In this document: one piece after another, positions 45,952-55,925 of the stretch
How the letters are laid out: every line of letters starts with the position of its first letter
How positions within the stretch are numbered: position 1 is the stretch's first letter
Assembly (NCBI GenBank): GCA_018817315.1
Contig: JAHITV010000035.1
Location: forward strand, 22,473 to 86,472
DNA: 64,000 nucleotides
Source of the DNA: Patescibacteria group bacterium
GTDB lineage: Bacteria; Patescibacteriota; Patescibacteriia; UBA1558; UBA10009
Direction: 5' to 3'
The notes under the pieces: generated by a model
What the model was told of the DNA's origin: nothing
Database searches by the model: none
The model's input: the letters and a program-made list of their open reading frames with translations, nothing else
Made by a program: the position numbers and the translations under genes

Positions 45952-47946
45952 ATGTCAACAGGATTAATCTTTTCTTTAATAGCAGCTGTAACTGCTTTAA
46001 TTTACGGAGTGATTTTAATCAGCTTAGTTTTTAAGAAACCTAAAGGTTCTCCTAAAATGCAAGAAATCGCCGGTGCAATTCAGCAGGGAGCCAAAGCATA
46101 TTTAAATCGTCAATACAAAACAATTGCAGTTATTGCCATTGTTTTATTTTTTCTTCTTTGGGTGGTTTTAGGTTTTAAGATTGCTTTAGGATTTATAATC
46201 GGAGCTATCCTTTCTGCTTTAGCCGGTTATATTGGTATGAATGTTTCTGTTAGAGCCAATGTAAGAACTTGTGAAGCTGCTAAAACTGGCTTAGCTCCTG
46301 CCTTAAAAATAGCAGTTAATGGCGGGGCAGTAACCGGACTTTTAGTGGTAGGTTTGGGACTATTGGGCGTTGCTGGTTTTTATGCCTTAACCGGTGATGT
46401 TAAAGCTTTAATCGGTCTTGGTTTTGGCGGAAGTTTAATTTCGATTTTTGCTCGTTTGGGTGGCGGTATTTTTACCAAAGCCGCTGATGTGGGCGCAGAT
46501 TTGGTAGGTAAAGTTGAAGCCGGTATTCCAGAGGATGATCCCAGAAATCCAGCAGTTATTGCAGATAACGTTGGTGATAATGTAGGAGATTGTGCTGGTA
46601 TGGCCGCTGATTTGTTTGAAACATATGTAGTCACTTTAGTGGCAGCCATGCTTTTGGGTCTTTTAACCTTTGGTTTGTATCCCAATGCTTTGGTTTACCC
46701 TTTGGTTATTGGCGGTGTTTCCATTTTAACTTCCATTATCGGCGTTTGGTTTATTAGACTTGGTAAAAAGAATAATATTATGGGAGCTTTGTATAAAGGT
46801 TTACTGGTCAGTGGAATTCTGGCTGCTATTATTTTTTATCCTGTAACTCGTTGGTTAATGAGCGAGACTGGGCAATATTCAATTTTACCTTTATATCTGG
46901 TTTCTTTGATTGGTTTAGTGGTTACAGCTTTAATGGTAATTATTACTGAATATTATACTTCTACTAAATATCAACCAGTTAAATCTATTGCTAAAGCTTC
47001 TCAATCAGGTTCTGGTCCTAATATTATTATTGGTTTGGCTGTGTCTTTAAGGTCAACAGTCTGGCCTATTGTAGTGATTGGTGCAGCAATTCTTGCTAGT
47101 TATGAATTAGCCGGACTTTACGGTATAGCTATTGCTGCTATGAGTATGTTGTCTTTGGCTGGGATTATTGTAACTATTGATTCTTATGGTCCGATTACTG
47201 ATAATGCCGGAGGTATTGCTGAAATGGCAGGTTTGGATGAATCAGTAAGAAAAGTGACTGATCCTTTGGATGCCGTTGGAAATACCACTAAAGCAGTTAC
47301 TAAAGGTTATGCTATTGCTTCTGCAGGACTGGCTACTTTGGTTTTATTTGCTTCTTATGTTCAAGAATTTGCTAACCGTGGTATTAGTTTGGATTTTCCT
47401 TTGGACAACCCCTTAGTTTTAGTCGGTTTGTTTATTGGAGGAGTTTTGCCTTATATTTTCGCTTCTTTTGCCATGGGTGCTGTAGGTAAAACTGCGGGCG
47501 CTGTAGTAACTGAAGTGCGCAGGCAGTTTAAGGAAATAGCGGGAATTATGGAAGGAACCGCTAAGCCGAATTATTCTAAAACCGTGGATATTGTTACTAA
47601 AGCTGCTTTAAAACAAATGATTCTCCCCTCTTTGATTCCGGTAGTTATTCCAGTTTTAGTTGGTTTTATTTTAGGACCTATTGCTTTGGGCGGAGTTTTG
47701 GTGGGCAGTATTATTACCGGATTATTTGTGGCAATTTCTATGACTTCTGGCGGCGGTGCTTGGGATAATGCTAAAAAATATATTGAAGAAGGTAATTACG
47801 GCGGCAAAGGTTCAGCAGCGCATAAAGCTGCAGTTGTCGGTGATACAGTTGGTGATCCTTATAAAGATACAGCCGGCCCTGCTATTAATCCGATGATCAA
47901 AATATTGAATATTGTGGCTTTGTTGTTGGTGGCGTTGTTGATATAA
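45952..47946 (+). CDS. hppA: H+-translocating (V-type) inorganic pyrophosphatase
   Basis: [18 protein letters not shown] and [11 protein letters not shown] motifs. 16 TM and 664 aa. GNTTKA (Lys, not Ala) suggests the K+-independent subtype. Confidence 0.9.
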   Translation: MSTGLIFSLIAAVTALIYGVILISLVFKKPKGSPKMQEIAGAIQQGAKAYLNRQYKTIAVIAIVLFFLLWVVLGFKIALGFIIGAILSALAGYIGMNVSVRANVRTCEAAKTGLAPALKIAVNGGAVTGLLVVGLGLLGVAGFYALTGDVKALIGLGFGGSLISIFARLGGGIFTKAADVGADLVGKVEAGIPEDDPRNPAVIADNVGDNVGDCAGMAADLFETYVVTLVAAMLLGLLTFGLYPNALVYPLVIGGVSILTSIIGVWFIRLGKKNNIMGALYKGLLVSGILAAIIFYPVTRWLMSETGQYSILPLYLVSLIGLVVTALMVIITEYYTSTKYQPVKSIAKASQSGSGPNIIIGLAVSLRSTVWPIVVIGAAILASYELAGLYGIAIAAMSMLSLAGIIVTIDSYGPITDNAGGIAEMAGLDESVRKVTDPLDAVGNTTKAVTKGYAIASAGLATLVLFASYVQEFANRGISLDFPLDNPLVLVGLFIGGVLPYIFASFAMGAVGKTAGAVVTEVRRQFKEIAGIMEGTAKPNYSKTVDIVTKAALKQMILPSLIPVVIPVLVGFILGPIALGGVLVGSIITGLFVAISMTSGGGAWDNAKKYIEEGNYGGKGSAAHKAAVVGDTVGDPYKDTAGPAINPMIKILNIVALLLVALLI

Positions 47947-47986
47947 TTTAGTTGTTTAGGCCTAAATAAATACTACCAATAATTCT

Positions 47987-48928
47987 ATGGACAAAACATT
48001 AGGTAAAATAACCAAAGTTGATTTAAGAAAGGCTTGGAAAAATGAAGAATATGATTTTTCAGCTTGGCTTAGTGAAGAGGTTAATCTAGCTTTACTTAGT
48101 GAGGAGATAGGAATTGATATTAGATTGATGAAAAAAGAAGCCGAGGTAGGTAAATATAGCTTAGACATTTTAGCCGAAGAAGAAGCTACGGGCAGGAAAA
48201 TAGTTATTGAAAATCAATTGGAAACCACAAACCATGACCATTTAGGAAAAATTATCACTTATGCCGCCGGATACGACGCTGATATTATTATCTGGATTTT
48301 TAGAGAAATTCGTGAGGAACATCGCCAAGCAATTGATTGGTTAAATGAGAACACAAACGAGGATGTTGCTTTTTTTGCCGTAAAATTAGAGTTATGGCAG
48401 ATAGATAATTCAGTCCCAGCACCTAAATTCCAAATTATTAGTAGCCCAAACGAATGGGCAAAAATCCTCAAGCAAGGTGGTAATAAAGATGAATTAACTG
48501 ATACTAAACTTAAGCAGCTTGATTTTTGGACAAAATTAAAAACCTATGCTCAAGAGCAAAAATCACCAATCAAATTTCAAACTCCACGACCCCAACATTG
48601 GTATGATGTTAGTATTGGTTTTTCAGAAGCTCATATTCTATTGACCGTTAACACAAGAGATAATTTTATTAGTTGTGGACTCTATGTAAGTAATGATAAA
48701 AAATTATATACTGATTTAAAGGATAAAGAAATTTTCATCGAAAAGGAACTTAATGTTAAATTAGAGTGGCGGGACAGAGATGTTGCGTCGTTAATTATTG
48801 ATAAGAAAGATGGTTTTGATATTCAGGATGAACAAAATATGCAGGAATATTTTAACTGGCTAATTGAAAGGACTTTGGCTTTTAGTAAAGTGTTTGGGAA
48901 ACTGATTAAAGAATATAAAAAATATTAG
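47987..48928 (+). CDS. hypothetical protein with PD-(D/E)xK nuclease-like N-terminal core
   Basis: LDILAEEE...KIVIENQLETTNHDHLGKIITYAA resembles a restriction-endonuclease-like D...E-x-K/Q core; no family assignment possible. Confidence 0.3.
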   Translation: MDKTLGKITKVDLRKAWKNEEYDFSAWLSEEVNLALLSEEIGIDIRLMKKEAEVGKYSLDILAEEEATGRKIVIENQLETTNHDHLGKIITYAAGYDADIIIWIFREIREEHRQAIDWLNENTNEDVAFFAVKLELWQIDNSVPAPKFQIISSPNEWAKILKQGGNKDELTDTKLKQLDFWTKLKTYAQEQKSPIKFQTPRPQHWYDVSIGFSEAHILLTVNTRDNFISCGLYVSNDKKLYTDLKDKEIFIEKELNVKLEWRDRDVASLIIDKKDGFDIQDEQNMQEYFNWLIERTLAFSKVFGKLIKEYKKY

Positions 48929-48930
48929 CA

Positions 48931-48953
48931 TTTTCGTAACAGCGAGCCGTGCT
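48931..48953 (+). terminator. GC-rich hairpin after the 47987..48928 gene
   Basis: aacagcgagc-cgt-gctcgctgtt, a 10-bp perfect stem. The downstream T-run is weak. Confidence 0.4.
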
Positions 48954-48976
48954 CGCTGTTGCCGTTATCAATAATT

Positions 48977-50254
48977 ATGCAATTTCAAAAAAATCAACTT
49001 AAAGAGTCAGAAATTCAGTTTACGATTGAAATTACACCCCAAGAATATCAACCTTTTTTAGAAAAAGCTGCCAAGAAACTTTCTAAGGAAATAAAAATTG
49101 AAGGATTTAGACCAGGTAATGCTCCTTATTCAGTGGTTAAACAAGAGGTTGGTGAGATGAAAATTTATGAAGCAGCCCTAGAAGAGCTTATTACGCATTT
49201 TTATTGGCAAGTAGTTACGCAGGAGAAAGTAAACACGGTGGGTCAACCAAAGATTGAAATTGAAAAACTAGCGCCAGGAAATCCTCTTGTTTTTAAAACC
49301 ACCACTGCTTTAATGCCTCAAGTTAAACTGGCAAACTATAAATCAGTAAAAGTAAAGAAAAAGCAGGTGAATATTGAAGAGAAAGAAATTGCTAAAACTA
49401 TTGAAAATCTAAGAAAAATGCAAGCTAAGGAAACCTTGGAAGATAAATTTATAGAAAAAGGCGATCGGACAGAAATTGATTTTACTGTTTCTTTAAATAA
49501 AGTAGTGATTGAGCACGGAGTAGGTAAAAAATATTCGGTGGTAATAGGTGATAATTTTATGATTCCAGGGTTTGAAGATCAGCTTTTAGGCATGAAAAAG
49601 GATAAGGAGAAAGAGTTTCAGTTAACTTTTCCCCAAAATTATCAGGATAAAATGGTAGCTGGCAAAAATTGCGATTTTAAGGTAAAGGTACTGGCAGTTT
49701 ACAAACGCCAATTGCCACAAGTTGATGATGAATGGGCCAAAACCCTTGGTTCAAATAATTTAGCTGATTTAAAAGAAAGGATCAAAAAGAATCTTGAGGA
49801 CGAAAGAAAGTTTCAGGAAGAGCAACGGACAGAAATTGAAATGTTACAGGAAATTGTTAAGCTTTGCGAATTTTCAGAAATCCCAGAAATTTTAATAGAT
49901 AACGAAGTTCAGCGCATGCTTTATGAATTTGAAGATAACATTTCTCATCAAGGTTTAAAATTTGAAGACTATTTATTGAGTATTAAAAAAGAGCGTAAGG
50001 ATTTGGAAAATGAATTCAGACCAAAAGCCAAAGAACGGGTTCAGACCTCGCTGGTTATCAGAGAAATTGCCGAAACTGAAAATGTTAGTGTCAGCGAAGA
50101 GGAAGTTAATCAGGAGATTGAGAAAATCATTAATCAATTACCAGATGAAGAAGCCAAGAAAAATACTCGTTCAGCCGGTTATAAGCAGTATGTTAGCAAT
50201 ATTTTAAGGAATCAGAAGGTGATTGAAAAATTGAAGAAAGAATGTATAATTTGA
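48977..50254 (+). CDS. tig: trigger factor
   Basis: N-terminal ribosome-binding domain (GFRPGNAPYSVVKQ signature region). Central FKBP-type PPIase (PGFEDQLLGMKKDKEKEF). C-terminal arm domain. Confidence 0.8.
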   Translation: MQFQKNQLKESEIQFTIEITPQEYQPFLEKAAKKLSKEIKIEGFRPGNAPYSVVKQEVGEMKIYEAALEELITHFYWQVVTQEKVNTVGQPKIEIEKLAPGNPLVFKTTTALMPQVKLANYKSVKVKKKQVNIEEKEIAKTIENLRKMQAKETLEDKFIEKGDRTEIDFTVSLNKVVIEHGVGKKYSVVIGDNFMIPGFEDQLLGMKKDKEKEFQLTFPQNYQDKMVAGKNCDFKVKVLAVYKRQLPQVDDEWAKTLGSNNLADLKERIKKNLEDERKFQEEQRTEIEMLQEIVKLCEFSEIPEILIDNEVQRMLYEFEDNISHQGLKFEDYLLSIKKERKDLENEFRPKAKERVQTSLVIREIAETENVSVSEEEVNQEIEKIINQLPDEEAKKNTRSAGYKQYVSNILRNQKVIEKLKKECII

Positions 50255-50288
50255 CCACAATTCCATTTTAGAGTATTATAATGTTGTT

Positions 50289-50645
50289 ATGGATTTTATA
50301 TATAGACTCTTTAAGAAAAAACAGTTATCTCAAGAAGCATTTGATGCTTATTTTAATCGTTTGCCCGATATAATCCAAGTTGAATGGTTCAGGGACGGCA
50401 AGTTTATTATTGGCAAGATTAATGCTGAAGGAGAAGAATTTTTAACCCAAGCATTTTCAGCTGAAGAATTTGTTAAAATGGTTAATGATACTCTTTTAGC
50501 AGTTTATGAAATTCCGAAAGAGTATTTTGATGTTCTTTTAAAGGTAAAAAGGTTTGTACCAGATGAAGATCAATATAAAAGGTTGAATGATGTTGCTATT
50601 ATAAAATCGAATATTGATTTTGAAAAAAAGTTAGTGAAAGCTTAA
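50289..50645 (+). CDS. hypothetical protein
   Basis: 118-aa soluble ORF with no motifs recognised. Confidence 0.35.
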   Translation: MDFIYRLFKKKQLSQEAFDAYFNRLPDIIQVEWFRDGKFIIGKINAEGEEFLTQAFSAEEFVKMVNDTLLAVYEIPKEYFDVLLKVKRFVPDEDQYKRLNDVAIIKSNIDFEKKLVKA

Positions 50646-50848
50646 TTATTATTGTATATGGCTGGGTATGCGAATGTGAAGAGATGTATATACAGTAAAA
50701 TATTTCCTTTGGAACCGCCCTTATCCTGTTCCATTTAAACACAACGAAATTAATAAGTTTATTGTTAAAGAATTAGTAAAAAAATTAATAGATTCAGAGA
50801 TTTGTACAAAAAAAGAAATTGAAGAAAAGTTAAAATAAATTAAAAATT

Positions 50849-50872
50849 CGGGAGCAAAAATCCCGATTTTTT
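50849..50872 (+). terminator. intrinsic terminator
   Basis: cggga-gcaaaaa-tcccg followed by ATTTTTT. Confidence 0.5.
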
Positions 50873-50891
50873 GATATAATGAAAGTCAGGT

Positions 50892-50963
50892 ATCGGTAAT
50901 CAGTAATTAGTAACCAGGAAATTTTCTTCCTGATTACTAATTACTAATTACTGATTACTTTTT
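50892..50963 (+). promoter_or_regulatory. about 30-bp near-perfect hairpin (29 of 31 pairs) plus U-run in the nfo leader, containing (TAATTAC)3
   Basis: Paired by hand: 50892-50920 with 50927-50955, two mismatches and a 6-nt loop. TTTTT at 50959-63. The nfo ATG is at 50966, so the start region lies immediately 3' of the hairpin. A TATAAT sits at 50875-80. Confidence 0.5.
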
Positions 50964-50965
50964 CA

Positions 50966-51814
50966 ATGTTTTTTGGAGCTCATGTTTCAGCGGCCGGCGG
51001 AATTGATAAAGCGCCGGCAAATGCCCGCGCTATTGGTTGCGAGGTTTTTCAGATGTTTTCACGCCCGCCTCAAGGTGGTCCGGCTAAACTAATAACGCCG
51101 GCGCTGATTAAAAGTTTTAAATCAGCAATGATCAAAAATAAACAGGCCGAATGTTACATTCATACTCCTTATTATATTAATTTAGCTTCTACTAATAATC
51201 GCATTCGCTACGGTTCAATCAAAGTTATCCGTGAAGAATTAGAACGAGGCTCGCTTATTGGCGTAAAATATATGATGACGCATTTAGGCAGTGCCAATAA
51301 TTTACCAAGAAACAAAGCAATTAAAAAGGTGATTGAGGGAGTAAAAAAAATTTTGGAAGGATACAATAACTCAACCATGTTTTTAATAGAAAATTCCGCA
51401 GGTAGCGGGAATATAATCGGCGATCAATTTGAAGAAATAAGAGCGATTATCAAGGGGGTCCCTCGGCAAGCTCGGGACAGACTTGCAGTCTGTTTTGATA
51501 CCTGTCATGCTTTTTCTTCCAATTATGATTTAAGAAATAAAAAAGCGATTGATCAAACCTTAAAGAAATTTAATCAGCTTATTGGTTTGGATAAATTAAA
51601 GTTAATCCATATTAATGATTCTAAAACTGATTTAGGTTCTCACATTGATCGTCATGAGCACATTGGTTTAGGTAAAATTGGCCTTAAAGGATTTAAAGAA
51701 TTAATCAATCATCCAAAATTAAAAAAGACTAACATGATTTTAGAAACACCAATTGATGGACGCGGTGGGCAGGAAGATGATTTAAAAAAGATTAAAAAAT
51801 TAAGAAGAGCTTAA
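50966..51814 (+). CDS. nfo: deoxyribonuclease IV (endonuclease IV)
   Basis: MFFGAHVSAAGG N-terminus. Metal-binding His/Glu/Asp pattern of the Nfo TIM barrel. 282 aa. Confidence 0.9.
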   Translation: MFFGAHVSAAGGIDKAPANARAIGCEVFQMFSRPPQGGPAKLITPALIKSFKSAMIKNKQAECYIHTPYYINLASTNNRIRYGSIKVIREELERGSLIGVKYMMTHLGSANNLPRNKAIKKVIEGVKKILEGYNNSTMFLIENSAGSGNIIGDQFEEIRAIIKGVPRQARDRLAVCFDTCHAFSSNYDLRNKKAIDQTLKKFNQLIGLDKLKLIHINDSKTDLGSHIDRHEHIGLGKIGLKGFKELINHPKLKKTNMILETPIDGRGGQEDDLKKIKKLRRA

Positions 51815-51822
51815 TTAAAACA

Positions 51823-52392
51823 ATGGAAATAAGCAAAGAACAAATAAAAAAAATTGAAAAATTTGTTTCCCAAAAATTAACTTCTTTAATTTGGTATCAC
51901 ACACAGGCAATTCGTCCTCTGGCTAAAAAGTTAGCTGGTTTGGAAAAAGCCGATAAAGAGATTGTTGATGCAGCGATTTTATTTCATGATATAGGTTATG
52001 TCAAAGGCGGCAGCAATGATCACGCTCAAAGAAGTGCGGAAATCGCCAGAAAGTTTTTAGAAAAAGAAGGATTTGAACAGAAATTTATTGAAGAGGTGGT
52101 GTATTGTATTTTAGTTCATAGTGCACCTTGGGAAAATCAGTCAAATTTAGTTAAAACAATTGAAGCAAAAGTTGTGTTTGATGCTGACATGATTCAACAA
52201 TTATCAGAATTTGGCATTATTAAACATACACTTCTTTACCAGGAGACAATACTAAAAGATTTCATTAAAGGAATTATTCAGTCTCGTGATCAGTTTTTTA
52301 AAGCTTATAACTTAATTATTACCCAAAATGGTCGTAAACTTGCAGAAGAAGGTTATAAATATGTTAAAAATTTTTATAAGGAGTTATTATGA
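51823..52392 (+). CDS. HD domain-containing phosphohydrolase
   Basis: AILFHDIGY (H...HD) motif. Confidence 0.7.
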   Translation: MEISKEQIKKIEKFVSQKLTSLIWYHTQAIRPLAKKLAGLEKADKEIVDAAILFHDIGYVKGGSNDHAQRSAEIARKFLEKEGFEQKFIEEVVYCILVHSAPWENQSNLVKTIEAKVVFDADMIQQLSEFGIIKHTLLYQETILKDFIKGIIQSRDQFFKAYNLIITQNGRKLAEEGYKYVKNFYKELL

Positions 52393-53141
52393 AAATAACT
52401 ATTTTAGGTTCAGGGGCCAGTCGAATTAATCTAAAAAGAAGCTCACCCGCTTATTTATTAGAGGTAAACAGTAAGAATATTTTAATAGACGCCGGTCCAG
52501 GTTGCGTTAAACAATTACTTAAGATTAAAAAAACCGTTTTTGATATTGACGCTATTTTATTTACTCATTTTCATAAGGATCATTATTTGGACTTACCGGT
52601 AATTTTAGGCGAATTACATCATCAAAAAGATCGGCCGGAATTAGGTTGTTATCCAAAATTGAAGATCGGCAAAATAAAAATTTATGGTCCAGCTGCTTTA
52701 AAGAAAATCGTAGCTCCAATTAAAAGAGATTTACCTTTAGAGACCAGAGTTATAGGAAATAGTAAATTCAAGCTCTTTGGTCTAAAAATTAGCTCATTAT
52801 TATTAGAACATATGGGGGAAATAATTGGTTATAAAATAGAAAATGGTAAAAGGAATTTTACTTTCACTTCTGATTCAAAATATTGTAAAAATTCCATTGA
52901 ACTTGCAAAGAATACTGATGTTTTAATTCATTCAGTGGGTCTGCCGAAAAAATTTAAAGTAACCTCGGCTCATCCAACGCTAATAGATGTAGGCAAAGTA
53001 GCTGATCAAGCCAAAGTAAAAAAATTAGTTTTAACCCATTTTTATCCGGTAATGGATAAATATAATTATCTTAAAGATGTAAGAAAGAATTATAAAGGAC
53101 CGATTATAGCAGCTAAAGATTTAATGAAAATAAATATATGA
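52389..53141 (+). CDS. MBL-fold metallo-hydrolase (RNase Z/ElaC-like)
   Basis: FTHFHKDHYLD (HxHxDH) motif. 250 aa. Confidence 0.7.
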   Translation: MKITILGSGASRINLKRSSPAYLLEVNSKNILIDAGPGCVKQLLKIKKTVFDIDAILFTHFHKDHYLDLPVILGELHHQKDRPELGCYPKLKIGKIKIYGPAALKKIVAPIKRDLPLETRVIGNSKFKLFGLKISSLLLEHMGEIIGYKIENGKRNFTFTSDSKYCKNSIELAKNTDVLIHSVGLPKKFKVTSAHPTLIDVGKVADQAKVKKLVLTHFYPVMDKYNYLKDVRKNYKGPIIAAKDLMKINI

Positions 53142-53641
53142 AAATCGCTATCATTTCTGATATTCATGATAATGTGCCAAATTTGGAAAAGGCCTTAAAT
53201 TGGCTGAAACAGAATAAAATTGAACAACTTATTTTTTGCGGAGATTTATGCGCTCCTTCAATTTTAGCTAAAGTTTTGGCGCCAAATTTTTCTGGGCCGA
53301 TTCATATGGTGTTTGGGAATGTTGAAGACCGGAATTTATTACCTAAAATGGTAGCTAGCTTCCCCCAGGTTCAGCATTATGGCGATCAAGGTGAAATTGA
53401 GCTTGAAAATAAAAAAATTGCTTTTGTCCATTTTCCCAAGCAAGCCAGAAGATTGGCAGAATCACAAAAATATGATTTGGTTTTTTACGGTCATGATCAT
53501 AAACCCTGGGAAGAAAAGATTAAACAAACCAGATTAGTTAATCCCGGAACTTTAGGCGGCTTATTTTCTTTGGCTACTTTTGCAGTTTATGATACAGTCT
53601 CTGATAATTTAGAATTAAAAATTTTACATACTTTAAAATAA
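53138..53641 (+). CDS. metallophosphoesterase (YfcE-like phosphodiesterase)
   Basis: IAIISDIHDN...CGDL...GNVED...GHDH, the calcineurin-like motif series. Confidence 0.7.
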   Translation: MKIAIISDIHDNVPNLEKALNWLKQNKIEQLIFCGDLCAPSILAKVLAPNFSGPIHMVFGNVEDRNLLPKMVASFPQVQHYGDQGEIELENKKIAFVHFPKQARRLAESQKYDLVFYGHDHKPWEEKIKQTRLVNPGTLGGLFSLATFAVYDTVSDNLELKILHTLK

Positions 53642-53647
53642 TTTTTT

Positions 53648-54436
53648 ATGATTAATTTGATCAAAGAAAAAAGATTAGCCAAAAAAGTGGCACTAGAAGC
53701 CGGCCAACTGTTAAAGAAGAATTTTAATAGTTTTGATCGTTCCAAGGGCTACAAAATGAAGTCTAAAAGACAGATCCAAACCTGGTTGGATCGGGCAGCT
53801 GAAAAAATAATTTTACAGCAAATTAAAAAAAATTTTCCTTCCCATCATATTTTAAGCGAAGAAGCAGGAGAAAATCAAAAAGTTTCTGATTATTTTTGGA
53901 TTATTGATCCTTTGGATGGTACAACTAATTACACCATGCATTTGCCTGCTTATGGAGTTTCTATTGCTTTAGCTTATAAAGAAAAGATAGTTTTAGGCGT
54001 TACTTATATTCCTGAACTTAATGAATTAACAGTGGCAGAAAAATGCCAGGGTGCTTTTAAAAACGGAAAAAAAATAAAGGTTTCAAAAAAGAAAGATATT
54101 AATAAGTCGCTTTTAACTTTTTGTCATGGCAGTATGTATGATGGCGTAGGAAGAGCAATTAAGTTATATGCTAAGTTTAAACTTAAAGCGCTTGATTATC
54201 GTCAGATTGGCAGTGCTGTAGTAGAATTCAACTTTGTCGCTACTGGCCGGACCGAAGCCATTATGTTGCCCGGTGCCAATCTTTATGATGTGGCAGCAGG
54301 CGCTTTAATTATTAGGGAAGCAGGCGGCAAAGTCACTGATTTTAATAACAAAGAATGGACAATTAAATCAAGAGATATTTTAGCATCTAATGGTTTAGTC
54401 CATAAACAAGTTTTGAAAATCATTAATGAAAATTAA
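53648..54436 (+). CDS. inositol monophosphatase family protein
   Basis: WIIDPLDGTTNY motif and C-terminal DxxAGxxI motif. Confidence 0.8.
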   Translation: MINLIKEKRLAKKVALEAGQLLKKNFNSFDRSKGYKMKSKRQIQTWLDRAAEKIILQQIKKNFPSHHILSEEAGENQKVSDYFWIIDPLDGTTNYTMHLPAYGVSIALAYKEKIVLGVTYIPELNELTVAEKCQGAFKNGKKIKVSKKKDINKSLLTFCHGSMYDGVGRAIKLYAKFKLKALDYRQIGSAVVEFNFVATGRTEAIMLPGANLYDVAAGALIIREAGGKVTDFNNKEWTIKSRDILASNGLVHKQVLKIINEN

Positions 54437-54656
54437 GGTTAAAGTCATTACTTGTTCCAGTCAGCCGGGCATTGAAAAAGATTCAATCGTTGATTTAAAA
54501 GTCAGGTTAAAATCTGCTCCGGTTGAAGGTAAAGCTAATCAAGAGCTTATTCGTTATTTAGCTGATTATTTTAAAACAACTAAAAGTAATATAGAAATCA
54601 TTAAAGGAAAAAATTTCAAAAATAAGATCATTGAAATAAAGAAGGAGGAAAGTTAA
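54426..54656 (+). CDS. DUF167 (YggU) family protein
   Basis: GKANQELIRYLADYFKTTKSNIEIIKGKNFKNKII, typical of DUF167. 76 aa. Confidence 0.6.
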   Translation: MKIKVKVITCSSQPGIEKDSIVDLKVRLKSAPVEGKANQELIRYLADYFKTTKSNIEIIKGKNFKNKIIEIKKEES

Positions 54657-54745
54657 TTCTTCCTTGATGTCTTTACAAAATTATTCTATTTGATATAATC
54701 CTTAAGAATTAAAAAATAAATAGTAATATAATAATATTTATTTGA

Positions 54746-54820
54746 GCGGGAGTAGCTTAGTGGTAGAGCGCTTCCTTGCCAAGGAAGAGGTCGCGGGTTC
54801 GATCCCCGTTTCCCGCTCCA
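54746..54820 (+). tRNA. tRNA-Gly (anticodon GCC), CCA encoded
   Basis: Acceptor gcgggag/ttcccgc. Anticodon stem cttcc/ggaag, loop ttGCCaa. T-arm gcggg-ttcgatc-cccgt. Confidence 0.85.
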
Positions 54821-54870
54821 CCCCTCGACAAGCTCGGGGTGTCACGTTGGATTCTAAAAAATATCAATTT

Positions 54871-54957
54871 GCTGGAGTGGCGGAACTGGTATACGCGACG
54901 GACTTAAAATCCGTTGTCCGTAAGGACTTGTGGGTTCGAGTCCCACCTCCAGCACCA
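54871..54957 (+). tRNA. tRNA-Leu (anticodon TAA), class II long variable arm, CCA encoded
   Basis: Acceptor gctggag/ctccagc. Anticodon stem acgga/tccgt, loop ctTAAaa. Variable-arm hairpin gtcc-gtaa-ggac. T-arm gtggg-ttcgagt-cccac. Confidence 0.85.
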
Positions 54958-55490
54958 TCCTAAATAAATTTTAAATAGAAATTCCTCACATCTTTTGATA
55001 GGAGGAATTTTAGTTTGACAAAAATTTTGACTTTGCTAGGATTTAAAGAGAAAGTAGTGACGGCTCTAAAATGTGCGCCGTCACAATAAAGCAGTAATAC
55101 CTTCTTTTTAGCTAATTTATCAATAAATATCTGCTTGCCGTCACTATTATTAGTTAAAAAAGAATAAGGTATATCTTGGGTAAAATATAAAAAAGCTTAT
55201 AAATTAGCCAAAAATCAATTATATGTTAATTAAAGTAAAGAAAATAAGTCAGTTTCTAATAAGAAAGAAGTATTTGAACAGAATGATTAAAGAGGTGAAT
55301 CAGGGTGTAAAAAAACCAAAACCCGCCGAATGGGCGGATCTTGGCGAAAAGCGATTTTGATGGCGTAATCTACCTACCCCGTTTGACGGGGGGAGATAAA
55401 TAGCCTTCAATCACCATCATATATATGAAATAATAGCTTGTCAAGTAGGGGTGAATTAAAAATTAAGTTCCATAAAGAAAATTAAACTTT

Positions 55491-55925
55491 ATGGAAAAAA
55501 GAAAGGCGATTTATATGGACGTTAATAAAGTGATTTTACTGGGCAGATTAGTTAAAGACCCAGTGGCTAAAGCTTTATCTTCGGGTCAGGAAATTTCCCG
55601 TTTTACTTTAGCGACTAATTATCTGTATAAAGACTCTAAGACAAAAGAAAAGAAGGAAAATGTAGATTTTCATTCTATTGTGGCTTGGGGTAAGATTGCA
55701 CAGATTTCTAATAAATATCTTACTCAAGGAAGTAAAATTTATATAGAAGGCCGTTTAAACAATAGGAATTGGGAAGATAAAAATAAGCAAAAGCATTACC
55801 GGACTGAAATAGTTGTTTCTGAACTTAATATGCTTGGAGGAGGCAAGAAAAAAGAAGAAACCAAACAGGAAGAGTTAGCACAAGAGGAAATTACAGTTGA
55901 GGAAGTTCCAGTAAATAATAACTAG
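55491..55925 (+). CDS. ssb: single-stranded DNA-binding protein
   Basis: OB-fold signature (VILLGRLVKDPV...IVAWGKIAQ...YIEGRL) and acidic C-terminal tail. The true start may be the internal ATG at 55515. Confidence 0.75.
   Translation: MEKRKAIYMDVNKVILLGRLVKDPVAKALSSGQEISRFTLATNYLYKDSKTKEKKENVDFHSIVAWGKIAQISNKYLTQGSKIYIEGRLNNRNWEDKNKQKHYRTEIVVSELNMLGGGKKKEETKQEELAQEEITVEEVPVNNN

Noticed and set aside
50650-50840. Possible small genes in the 50646-50840 spacer (26-aa ATG ORF; roughly 55-codon frame ending EICTKKEIEEKLK).
   Set aside because: The longer frame lacks a start codon, and the short one has no SD or conservation evidence. Could be a gene remnant but is unsupported.
54742-54963. 73-aa [26 protein letters not shown]...
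   Set aside because: Exactly overlaps tRNA-Gly(GCC) and tRNA-Leu(TAA). The SIPVSRS-type translation is the classic shadow of a tRNA T-arm.
55020-55490. tmRNA, SRP RNA, 6S RNA or RNase P RNA in the ssb upstream spacer.
   Set aside because: No tRNA-like GGGG...TTCGA...CCACCA ends, no SRP domain-IV GGAA/AGCAGC motif and no RNase P P4 signatures were recognised by eye. Retained only as an unassigned structured region.
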